IMG/VR virus record: IMGVR_UViG_3300037424_000823
Span: 1 to 27,300 of that record
Strand: one strand, 5' to 3'
Length of the DNA stretch: 27,300 bases
Source of the DNA: a virus
Taxonomy: Duplodnaviria; Caudoviricetes
The translations under genes and the position numbers were made by a program. How positions within the stretch are numbered: the first letter of the stretch is position 1; the number at the start of each line of letters is the position of its first letter. Under the pieces are notes generated by a model. That model was not told the origin of the DNA and did no database searches. It saw only the letters and a list, made by a program, of their open reading frames with translations. Below, one piece after another: positions 1 through 8,030 of the stretch.

Positions 1-164
1 ATTTTTCCAGTTGCAGTTTGGTAAACACCTTCTGTCCAAGAATCTTCAACAGCTTTAATAATAGTATTTTGTTTTGCTTCGCCTAAGCGAATGTTACCTT
101 TATTTTCAGTAGTGAAAAATTGAAATCCACCTGCACCATGTTGTTGTTTTACTAAATTTTTCAT
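1..164 (-). CDS. Hypothetical protein, partial (runs off the left edge)
   Basis: Read by hand: ATG at 164, open frame MKNLVKQQHGAGGFQFFTTENKG... to the window edge, 17 bp after the stop of the upstream gene. Confidence 0.55.
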   Translation of the reverse strand, partial: MKNLVKQQHGAGGFQFFTTENKGNIRLGEAKQNTIIKAVEDSWTEGVYQTATGK

Positions 165-181
165 CTTTTTTAGTTTTTTAG

Positions 182-589
182 TTAAAATTTTACTGATTTT
201 ATTATCTTTTCAATTTCAGAATATTCGCCGCTGGTCATGTATTTTTTTGCAATTATGCTTTTGTTTATTCCAAAATTACGAACCAAAAATTTAATATCAT
301 ATTCGCAAGCGTCGGCTTTTGCAAATTTGAAGTTTTGGCAATGTTGAACAAAAGCATAAGCTTTTAATTCGAATAGACTTTGCGGGGTGGCTTGTTCGTT
401 GCCTTGTTCAATGTTGTAAACCTCTGCAAAAAATTTATTGCCATTTGCGTTTAAGTAATCAACTGAATCGGAGCATATAAAAGCTTCTTTTGACATTGTA
501 TCATTTACCAGGTAATCTAAATCCTCGGTATTGCGATCGCTGCCTAAGTTTCTTAAAGCTTGTCCCCCGATTAGTATTTGATTTTTCAT
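182..589 (-). CDS. Small nucleotidyltransferase-superfamily protein (AbiEii/MNT-like N-terminal motif)
   Basis: ILIGGQALRNLGSDRNTEDLDYLV fits the hhGGxA...G..R.T.DhD signature of pol-beta-type nucleotidyltransferases. Confidence 0.6.
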   Translation of the reverse strand: MKNQILIGGQALRNLGSDRNTEDLDYLVNDTMSKEAFICSDSVDYLNANGNKFFAEVYNIEQGNEQATPQSLFELKAYAFVQHCQNFKFAKADACEYDIKFLVRNFGINKSIIAKKYMTSGEYSEIEKIIKSVKF

Positions 590-774
590 TATCTATTTGT
601 TTTAAATCCTATATAAAGATAATACCTTTTTAAGTACATTGTACTAAAATTAGTAATTATTTTTAGTTTGTAAGTGTTTGATAATTAAATTGATATAAAA
701 TATAATGAAAATATTTATTGTTTTTAACATAATATAACATGAAAAGACGTCATTTTTTTGGTTGTTGAGTAAAT

Positions 775-807
775 AAAATAAAAAACCCGGGACAATTATA
801 TCCCGGG
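775..807 (-). terminator. Rho-independent terminator after the lysis module
   Basis: Hairpin CCCGGGA-N8-TCCCGGG (786-807) followed on the minus strand by a T-rich tract. Confidence 0.75.
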
Positions 808-834
808 GAAACCCTAAACTTATGAAAAAAACAC

Positions 835-1335
835 TTAAACCAACTTTCGCCTACTAATGTAAAACAAAAAAGAGACAACTGCAAATAAAATAATAAATAT
901 GAATGAGATGTTTCGATGCAATTTAACCTTAATCAAAAGCTTTTCATTATCTTTTTTTAACTTTTCGTTTACAGGATTAACCTTTGCAACATCTTTTGTT
1001 TTTAATGTTTGAATAGTCCTGTTTAATATAGCAATAGAATCGACAAAAGCAGACAATTTTAAGACATTATCCTTAAAGACAACCTTTGTTTCAACTCCTT
1101 TACTTTTAGTCTCATTTAAGCGCTTTAAAAGAACCTGGTTATTTGAGTCGCATTCAAACATCAATTCAAGATTGATTGAATCAGGAACTGTATAGACGAT
1201 TGAATCATAAATTGTTTGTACATCTGTTATTTTTACAGTATCGGCTGGGAAACATTCCGAGTGTTTTGCAACATAATTGCACGGCGAACAAGCCATCAGC
1301 AATAATATTGAAAAAATAGTTATTACTTTTATCAT
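835..1335 (-). CDS. Lipoprotein with C-terminal TM helix; probable unimolecular spanin
   Basis: N-terminal lipoprotein signal (MIKVITIFSILLLMA-C), C-terminal hydrophobic helix plus basic tail, directly after the endolysin. Confidence 0.6.
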   Translation of the reverse strand: MIKVITIFSILLLMACSPCNYVAKHSECFPADTVKITDVQTIYDSIVYTVPDSINLELMFECDSNNQVLLKRLNETKSKGVETKVVFKDNVLKLSAFVDSIAILNRTIQTLKTKDVAKVNPVNEKLKKDNEKLLIKVKLHRNISFIFIILFAVVSFLFYISRRKLV

Positions 1336-1345
1336 AATCGCAAAT

Positions 1346-1879
1346 TTAATCTCGTGGATGAATGAACCCCAACAAATTTAGTCCTGTTTTTACTTTTGCA
1401 AAATCAACTTTTCGCTTTAGATTTGCAAACTCAATACCCTCTCTACCTCCATGTGAATTGGAATTACCCTCTATTGTTACAATTGAGGAAAAATCTGGAT
1501 ATACAACCTCGACAATTCCAGCATGTCCGGTCCATTGTGGAATGAAATCCTTATATTTTTGCCAAATAACTATTGACCCAACAACCGGCATTTGTGATGT
1601 ATACCAATCATTTGACCGTTTGAAGTTATTAAAAGTCTGAACAGCGGAACCTGTCATTAATTTGTTGAGTTCATCGTGATAGGTTGCATCGTATTTCTGA
1701 TACGATTCCAACCATATCATTTTAGCTGCAAAAGCACACCAAGGGTCTGGAACCGCCCAACCGATTGCTTTCATTTTACGTTCTGTTTCTGGGTTTTCAA
1801 AGCCCCCATTAGTTAGCTTTTCTTTTTCCCCGATGTATGGCCTTGCGGTGGTAATTATTATTTGTCTTATCGAACTCAT
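1346..1879 (-). CDS. Endolysin, CHAP-domain amidase/peptidase
   Basis: CHAP motifs PWCA, GHAGIVE and TIEGN; lies in the lysis cluster. Confidence 0.8.
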   Translation of the reverse strand: MSSIRQIIITTARPYIGEKEKLTNGGFENPETERKMKAIGWAVPDPWCAFAAKMIWLESYQKYDATYHDELNKLMTGSAVQTFNNFKRSNDWYTSQMPVVGSIVIWQKYKDFIPQWTGHAGIVEVVYPDFSSIVTIEGNSNSHGGREGIEFANLKRKVDFAKVKTGLNLLGFIHPRD

Positions 1880-2082
1880 TTTTCCATGGGTTTTTGGCCT
1901 AATTTCAAACCAATAAAAACACCGGTCATGGCTGTAAAAAGTGCAATGACTTCCCCGGTTGCAGGTTTAATTCCTGAAAAAGTATAAAAAGCAGTAAAAA
2001 ACATAACGTAAATAATGCCGATAAAAAAAATCATTCTGGTCGAACTACTTTGTCCGTTTTTTTCCTTAAAAAAAGTATTCAT
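1876..2082 (-). CDS. Putative holin (2 TM helices)
   Basis: 68 aa, two hydrophobic segments after SSTR, stop overlaps the endolysin start. Confidence 0.6.
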   Translation of the reverse strand: MNTFFKEKNGQSSSTRMIFFIGIIYVMFFTAFYTFSGIKPATGEVIALFTAMTGVFIGLKLGQKPMEK

Positions 2083-2084
2083 AG

Positions 2085-2390
2085 TTATAATTTTAAATTA
2101 AAAATAAGAGCAGTTAAAGGTATTGTAATTCCAAATATAATAGAAATAACCTTAATCATTTGATATTTTTTTTCTTGCATTTTCACTTTTAACTTTTCCG
2201 TCACATCAAATTCGATTTGAGATTTAGCCAATGATGCCAAACTGGTAGCCATTGAAGAGATGCTTTCTTTTATTTCTCGAACCTCTAATTTTATAACTTC
2301 AACTTCTGTTATTAGTCCTAGTTTATCGTTTCCATAAACAGCTTTATTTAGCTTTTCGATGTCATATTTAGACTCGCAAGGTGTCGTCAT
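2085..2390 (-). CDS. Coiled-coil protein with C-terminal TM helix (holin/antiholin-like, lysis module)
   Basis: Heptad-like central region, hydrophobic C-terminus, position next to the holin candidate. Confidence 0.45.
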   Translation of the reverse strand: MTTPCESKYDIEKLNKAVYGNDKLGLITEVEVIKLEVREIKESISSMATSLASLAKSQIEFDVTEKLKVKMQEKKYQMIKVISIIFGITIPLTALIFNLKL

Positions 2391-2404
2391 TTGTTTAAAT
2401 ATTA

Positions 2405-2692
2405 TCAGTTAAAATAAAATTTATTTTTATGTTTATGTCTTTTCATCATTTTGTTTAACAGATAGTTTGTAGCAATCGATGTAATCACACACGAAATAAA
2501 AAAAACATCTTTGTTTGCTGGTGTCTTAAATTCTGGCCTGATATAATTCAATGTAATTGGGGCTGCCATAATAAAAGACGGAACGTAGATTTCCGGGTGC
2601 GATTGAATGCGATAATCAATTTTTTTTGCCATCTGTGAATAGCTGGTTAAACTGAACAAAACCAATCCGATAATAATAATTAGGTTTTTCAT
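2405..2692 (-). CDS. Hypothetical membrane/exported protein
   Basis: Signal peptide-like MKNLIIIIGLVLFSLTSYS-Q followed by further hydrophobic segments. Confidence 0.55.
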   Translation of the reverse strand: MKNLIIIIGLVLFSLTSYSQMAKKIDYRIQSHPEIYVPSFIMAAPITLNYIRPEFKTPANKDVFFISCVITSIATNYLLNKMMKRHKHKNKFYFN

Positions 2693-2705
2693 AGTTTTTT
2701 TTATT

Positions 2706-2713
2706 CAAATTTA
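2706..2713 (-). promoter_or_regulatory. Bacteroidota-type -7 promoter element upstream of the lysis module
   Basis: TAAATTTG on the minus strand (TAnnTTTG consensus), 13 bp upstream of the 2692 start. Confidence 0.4.
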
Positions 2714-2795
2714 ACCTTTTATATATTGAATTACAATATGTTATTTAACACTATTCATTTGCAGGGTCATTATTGTAATAACACCACGCCCTCGA

Positions 2796-3536
2796 TTAAT
2801 TAATTGAATATGAACACAATCCGACAGTAAGACAAGCAGTATAAATAAATGTACCGTCACCCCAAACTCCATAATAACCATTGCCCGCTTGAAAATCAGC
2901 ATCTATAAAAGTTAAAACACCACTGCCATCAACAGAATAAGTGCGAATACCACTTTCCATACAAGCAGTATAAATAAATGTACCGTCACCCCAAACATTA
3001 TAATAATTACCGCCCGCTTGAAAATCAGCATCTATAAAAGTTAAAACACCACTGCCATCAACAGAATAAGTGCGAATACCACTTCCCATACAAGCAGTAT
3101 AAATAAATGTACCGTCACCCCAAACTCCATAATAATCACCGCCCGCTTGAAAATCAGCATCTATAAAAGTTAAAACACCACTGCCATCAACGGAATAAGT
3201 GCGAAGCCCGCTTGCATAACAAGCAGTATAAATAAATGTACCGTCACCCCAAACATTATAATAATCACCGCCCGCTTGAAAATCAGCATCTATAAAAGTT
3301 AAAACACCACTGCCATCAACGGAATAAGTGCGAAGCCCGCTACCTTGACAAGCAGCATAAATAAATGTACCGTCACCCCAAACTCTATAATAACCATAGC
3401 CCGCTTGAAAATCGGAATCAAGAAAGGTTAATGTTCCATGCGTAACCGATGAATACTGGTTTTGCCCAAAAAACATTTGCCCGTTAGAAATTAACGAAGC
3501 AAAAACAACTGAAATTATCAATAAAATTCGTTTCAT
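2796..3536 (-). CDS. Exported 43-aa tandem-repeat protein (LVIVD-like beta-propeller)
   Basis: Probable start at 3536 (MKRILLIISVVFASLISNG-Q). Five copies of VWGDGTFIYxAC..SG.RTYSVDGSGVLTFIDADFQAG resemble LVIVD propeller blades. Confidence 0.65.
   Translation of the reverse strand: MKRILLIISVVFASLISNGQMFFGQNQYSSVTHGTLTFLDSDFQAGYGYYRVWGDGTFIYAACQGSGLRTYSVDGSGVLTFIDADFQAGGDYYNVWGDGTFIYTACYASGLRTYSVDGSGVLTFIDADFQAGGDYYGVWGDGTFIYTACMGSGIRTYSVDGSGVLTFIDADFQAGGNYYNVWGDGTFIYTACMESGIRTYSVDGSGVLTFIDADFQAGNGYYGVWGDGTFIYTACLTVGLCSYSIN
2832..3430. repeat. 129-bp intragenic tandem repeat, about 4.6 near-identical copies
   Basis: ACAAGCAG(T/C)ATAAATAAATGTACCGTCACCCCAAAC starts at 2832, 2961, 3090, 3219 and 3348 (period exactly 129). 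Confidence 0.95.
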
Positions 3537-3537
3537 A

Positions 3538-5490
3538 TTAATTGTAGTTTTTACCGTAAGTAATAAATAACGTAGTTCCATCATACGTATAGCTCAATAT
3601 ATCTACTGAATTTGCAGCCGTACTTAACGTCACAACTCCTGAACCCCCATTGATTACTTTAGGTGTTGGGGAAATGGTTATTGTCCTGCTTCCAGTTGCA
3701 TCTTGTGTTATGATAATATTGCCTTCGTCACCACTAGTCAGGTTTGATAAGGTCAGCGTTGCATTATGACCTAGCGTTAATTCAGCATTAATCCCTGAGC
3801 TTACGTCCATTGCGATACTGGCCGAACTGGTAAGCGTTTGATAAACTTTAGTACGTCCGATTGCATACCCGGAAGTAAGGCTAAATACCCCTGTTGTGTT
3901 TGTGTATGTCAATCCCGTTGCCGTTGAGCTTAAATCAGTCAACGTAATGAGTGCGCCTATTGAATCATGTATAGTGTTTTTGACAGTATAAAAATCCGGG
4001 ATAGACAAATCAACGTAGTCCGCGTAGTGTTCGCTGTACATAAGCCCTCTTCTGCTTCCTGCAAGTCTATAATCAACAATAACCATATTTGTGTCGTGGA
4101 AATAGATATTTCCTATTCCTTTAAATTCGAGTTTAGCAACGTAGGGGCTTAATGTTAAGTTACTCCACTTTTCTAATAAATCTCCGTGATATGATGTTAG
4201 TGATATTCCTGCCCCTACGTTATGATTAAAATCTGACCCGTCAATGACAGCAAACCCCCCGCTTGTTTCTCCACTATTACGCCCTAAATTGAAACTTATA
4301 CTGCCGTTTGCCCGGTCGTAAAAATACGTACCTCCGCCTCCAACATCATTAAATTCAATCCCACCACCTCCGTAGTCTGTAAAAGTCATCCCATTATCTG
4401 TCTTAACATAAACGCCATTTAATTTTGATGCAACAGTTCCTAAAGTCAACTCGTACCCACCAATAATTGTTGCATCAGCCGTTAACGTTCCCCCTAAATT
4501 AGTCGAATAGCCTGAAACCGTTGTTCCTGAACCGTTTAACAAAACAGGTATGGAATCGTGAATTAATGATTTAACCTCGGTAAAATTAGGTATAGTATCA
4601 CCTCGAACGTAGAAGTTTGACATTGAACGAACAGTTCCTGAAACGTCTAATGTATATGATGGCAAGGTTGTTCCAATTCCAACGTTACCACTGCCTAAGA
4701 TAGTCATCTTAGTTTCCATCGGTTGCAACGTTTTTCCCGTTGTACCAGTTGTACCAGTTTGAAACAAAATATTACTCGTTCCGTTTCCAGTTCCTAACCC
4801 GGCTTGTAAAATTAAACAGCCACCTACTACGTTATCGATAGATGTGCCTTCAATTGTTGACCCAGCCGCAACGGTTAAATCTCGTCCAACTACGTCTGTT
4901 GCTGAATTTTCTACCCAGAACTTTTGCCATGACGAGCTACCTAACGATAGCGTGTTTGTCGGTGTTGCAGTCCCTATACCTACTTTACTCTGTACTATGG
5001 CAGAATAATTCTGATAAGCGTTTGCTGAATATCCAACCTTTATTGCTGAAACGTTTATACCATAAGATTCAACTGCGACACCATTTCCATAGCCTTTGAA
5101 CCCCCCACTAACGACAGTTCCATCTACTTTTATGATATAGTTTGACCCAACTCCGCTATGGTAAACGTTTAATGGTGCGCTAGGATTAGTTATACCAACT
5201 CCAACGTTTCCGTCATTGTAATAGATAGACGTTCCACTTTTCGTCCAATAATCTGTTTCATAAGCGTAGTGTTTAATAAGATTAACCACCGTAGTATCTC
5301 GAACAAGCAAATCGTTGTTAATTGAGAACCCACTCAAATTATTATAGCTTTCAACATACGTTGACCCAATCGTTGTCTTTAGTGTATCACCTCGATAACT
5401 TTGAATCAACGTTTGATAAGGTAATCGGCCTTGGCTCATTCCTATAATTGAAATAAGCCCTAAAACTGATATTAAAATTAGTCTTTTCAT
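3538..5490 (-). CDS. Tail fibre/receptor-binding-like protein with N-terminal signal peptide
   Basis: Repeated GNVG(I/V)GxTxP motifs, Gly/Thr/Ser rich, C-terminal IITQDATGSRT...STAANSVDILSYTYDG module; distal tail position. Confidence 0.6.
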   Translation of the reverse strand: MKRLILISVLGLISIIGMSQGRLPYQTLIQSYRGDTLKTTIGSTYVESYNNLSGFSINNDLLVRDTTVVNLIKHYAYETDYWTKSGTSIYYNDGNVGVGITNPSAPLNVYHSGVGSNYIIKVDGTVVSGGFKGYGNGVAVESYGINVSAIKVGYSANAYQNYSAIVQSKVGIGTATPTNTLSLGSSSWQKFWVENSATDVVGRDLTVAAGSTIEGTSIDNVVGGCLILQAGLGTGNGTSNILFQTGTTGTTGKTLQPMETKMTILGSGNVGIGTTLPSYTLDVSGTVRSMSNFYVRGDTIPNFTEVKSLIHDSIPVLLNGSGTTVSGYSTNLGGTLTADATIIGGYELTLGTVASKLNGVYVKTDNGMTFTDYGGGGIEFNDVGGGGTYFYDRANGSISFNLGRNSGETSGGFAVIDGSDFNHNVGAGISLTSYHGDLLEKWSNLTLSPYVAKLEFKGIGNIYFHDTNMVIVDYRLAGSRRGLMYSEHYADYVDLSIPDFYTVKNTIHDSIGALITLTDLSSTATGLTYTNTTGVFSLTSGYAIGRTKVYQTLTSSASIAMDVSSGINAELTLGHNATLTLSNLTSGDEGNIIITQDATGSRTITISPTPKVINGGSGVVTLSTAANSVDILSYTYDGTTLFITYGKNYN

Positions 5491-6314
5491 AGAATATAAT
5501 ATTTAAAAATGTAAGTCCACGTTCCGGTTAAATCGTTATTAAAATTGACTGTAATTGTATTTGCATCAACAACAGTTAGAATATCGTTTAAATTAACAAG
5601 TACACCATTATTATCATAAACAATCAATTCGACTAAAGTTGTTCCCATTCCATGCGAAAGTGTCCAGACGTAGTCTACTAAATTGGCATTTACAATTGTT
5701 CCAATTTTGCAAGATATGTAAAATTTTAACGATGAAAAATTTGTTTCAAGTTTCCCTGCAATATTTCTGGCTATGATAAATTCGTATGTGTTCGAAGGAG
5801 GTACAACGCCCTCAATATAGGCAGATAGATCAGCAACAACGGAATACGTGAAAGCATTTGTAGAGGTGTTAAATGATAACTTTATACCTCCCCCTATCGG
5901 GATATTTGAAACAGTAGCGGTTGAAACATCATGAGCCGGTAAATCGGGTATAGCAATAGCCCCAGCCGGAAAAACAACAGACAAAACAGAATCAACGGAC
6001 GTAACCGTTAAAAAATCATCGTATTGAAATAATATTCTTGTTGCCCTTTTATTGAAATCCACTAGCCTTTTTAATTCTGTACCCTGAATTGCATCTAAAG
6101 CACTCCCGGAGCTTGCGGTTGTTAAATTATTTTGAATATAAGTAAAAAACTTACCGGCTAAAACCTGATAATCCTTCCCTAGCTGCTTTACATGCATTTG
6201 AGCAGTTGCAGCAACATTTCCAGGAGCAAGAATATCTAATTCATCAATTTTAAATGTTCCAACTGTTGCCGTTGCCGTAGTGCCATCTGCGAATGTAAGT
6301 GTTATCGTTGCCAT
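5487..6314 (-). CDS. Tail fibre-associated structural protein
   Basis: C-terminal WTLSHGMGT...VYDNNG...VDANTITVNF module resembles phage fibre beta-modules; tail-module position. Confidence 0.5.
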   Translation of the reverse strand: MATITLTFADGTTATATVGTFKIDELDILAPGNVAATAQMHVKQLGKDYQVLAGKFFTYIQNNLTTASSGSALDAIQGTELKRLVDFNKRATRILFQYDDFLTVTSVDSVLSVVFPAGAIAIPDLPAHDVSTATVSNIPIGGGIKLSFNTSTNAFTYSVVADLSAYIEGVVPPSNTYEFIIARNIAGKLETNFSSLKFYISCKIGTIVNANLVDYVWTLSHGMGTTLVELIVYDNNGVLVNLNDILTVVDANTITVNFNNDLTGTWTYIFKYYIL

Positions 6315-6317
6315 AAT

Positions 6318-7106
6318 TTAAGGTGTCAAATCGCTAAAAAGTGTAGTTGAAATTAAATAATAATAAAAAGTAAGGTTAGATACGCCAGTACCAGCCTCAG
6401 CATAATCTAATGTAAATCCTGTTGCTGTATGAAGTCTGGTTTTCCATGAAATTACGGGTAAAAGACCTGTTCCAAATTCTTTAAATGTACCAAAAACAAC
6501 GTAATTAGTCGTTCCAATAGTTGGGAAAGTGACATCAATTGTTTCTAATCCACCGGTTGGATCGCCAATTGTTTTATATCCTCGAATAATCGGAATTAAC
6601 GCATTATCTTGCAAATACTTTAATGTTACAGGTTCATAATTTGAATCAGGAACAAATGTTATAATGTTATTTAAGCCAAGAGTCTGTTTTAATAGATCGC
6701 GAATAAATAAGGTTGATCCAATTGAAATTATTTCAAAAAATAAAGTAGTTGCTGTATCGTTGAAATAATCAACAGTTGCCCCACTAAATTCGATTCCGCA
6801 AGCACTTGATTTAGTTATTTTAAGATAAACTTTAGAATCTGCCGGTATATTTGTTAATGAAATTGTTGCGGTAACCCCTGAAATTTCAGATAGTATTGTT
6901 AAATTAATTTGTTCTAAACTTGCAAAACTTAAAGTTAAATCGGTCAAATCATACCAATATACTGAACTCTGAACCCTTGTCCTTAATACATTTTCAAGAG
7001 TTTGTTTTTTCATGTTTGTGAAAGTAGATTTATCTACAACAACATATGCTGTTAAATCTTTTGTTGTTTGCGTATCCGTAAATGCGCTTATTCTAGCATC
7101 AGCCAT
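6318..7106 (-). CDS. Tail fibre/baseplate-associated protein
   Basis: C-terminal VTFPTIGTTNYVVFG...TATGFTL beta-sandwich typical of fibre tips; tail-module position. Confidence 0.5.
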   Translation of the reverse strand: MADARISAFTDTQTTKDLTAYVVVDKSTFTNMKKQTLENVLRTRVQSSVYWYDLTDLTLSFASLEQINLTILSEISGVTATISLTNIPADSKVYLKITKSSACGIEFSGATVDYFNDTATTLFFEIISIGSTLFIRDLLKQTLGLNNIITFVPDSNYEPVTLKYLQDNALIPIIRGYKTIGDPTGGLETIDVTFPTIGTTNYVVFGTFKEFGTGLLPVISWKTRLHTATGFTLDYAEAGTGVSNLTFYYYLISTTLFSDLTP

Positions 7107-7110
7107 ATTA

Positions 7111-8028
7111 TTAATTATTAATTTTAACCTTATCTGTTAAATTAATTAAAACATAATCAGTATCATTTATCATCATTAAAGAATCTTCATAAACAGGATT
7201 AATCCCTGTTAATTCTTCATCTTCTGCAAAGTTATAGTAATTTTTTTGAGTTAAGTTAATTTTTGGAGCATAAAGCAGATTATCAGTAGCCTCATATTCC
7301 CATCCTTCGTCAATCCCAAATTCAACTCCGTTTACATAAAACGAATCATGTTGAATTGCTAAATCTAATACCTCTTGAACGTATTCAGAGATTAAATTAA
7401 CCTGTAAAAGACGTTTATTTTTTGGCCGCGCATATGTTGTTTCAATATTTCCATCTGGATCGGTATAAGTTACATTTTCTATTCCAGAAAGTCGTTTTTT
7501 TATTTCGCCATCAATTCGCAATGTTGCTTTTTCTACATCCCACAAAAAAGGATCATCTATCGAATCTGAACCATACCATTCTAATTTTAATCCAGGACAA
7601 TTATTTTCAACCCGGAATCGCTCGCTTATAAATGTTACAATTGGCTTACCAATTTCATAGCATGAAATTAAAATATAATAGTTGCCTGAAAGCGAACTTA
7701 AATCAACAGATGATTGATATACTCTTTTTCCATAAAAATCACTTGTAGAATCATATGTTAATAATAATATCTTTGTCAATGTTCCAACTATTGTTCCTGA
7801 TTCAGAATAGAGTGTAATTGTAAAATCGGCATAATCTGTTCGGTACTGAAAAAATAATTGGTCCGTCTGATCAAATAAAAAATAATATGGCTCTTCGTAA
7901 TATTTATCATAATATTCGTAATCTTTAAACAATCTTGTCGTCTCTGTTTGAAGTTTCAATGCATAATCTTCTTCACACTTAAACGACAGGGGTGTATTTT
8001 TAAAAATGTTGAATGTTGCCATGCTCAA
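7111..8028 (-). CDS. Putative tail tip/baseplate protein
   Basis: Acidic, aromatic-rich 305-aa protein two genes after the tape measure; call based on gene order. Confidence 0.45.
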   Translation of the reverse strand: MSMATFNIFKNTPLSFKCEEDYALKLQTETTRLFKDYEYYDKYYEEPYYFLFDQTDQLFFQYRTDYADFTITLYSESGTIVGTLTKILLLTYDSTSDFYGKRVYQSSVDLSSLSGNYYILISCYEIGKPIVTFISERFRVENNCPGLKLEWYGSDSIDDPFLWDVEKATLRIDGEIKKRLSGIENVTYTDPDGNIETTYARPKNKRLLQVNLISEYVQEVLDLAIQHDSFYVNGVEFGIDEGWEYEATDNLLYAPKINLTQKNYYNFAEDEELTGINPVYEDSLMMINDTDYVLINLTDKVKINN

Positions 8029-8030
8029 AG

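Noticed and set aside
2832-3430. Diversity-generating retroelement target (some variable codons are NNT, as from an AAT template)
   Set aside because: No reverse transcriptase or separate template repeat is in the window. The copies are in-frame tandem repeats and also differ by C/T and G/T synonymous changes. An RT and template elsewhere in the genome would reopen this.
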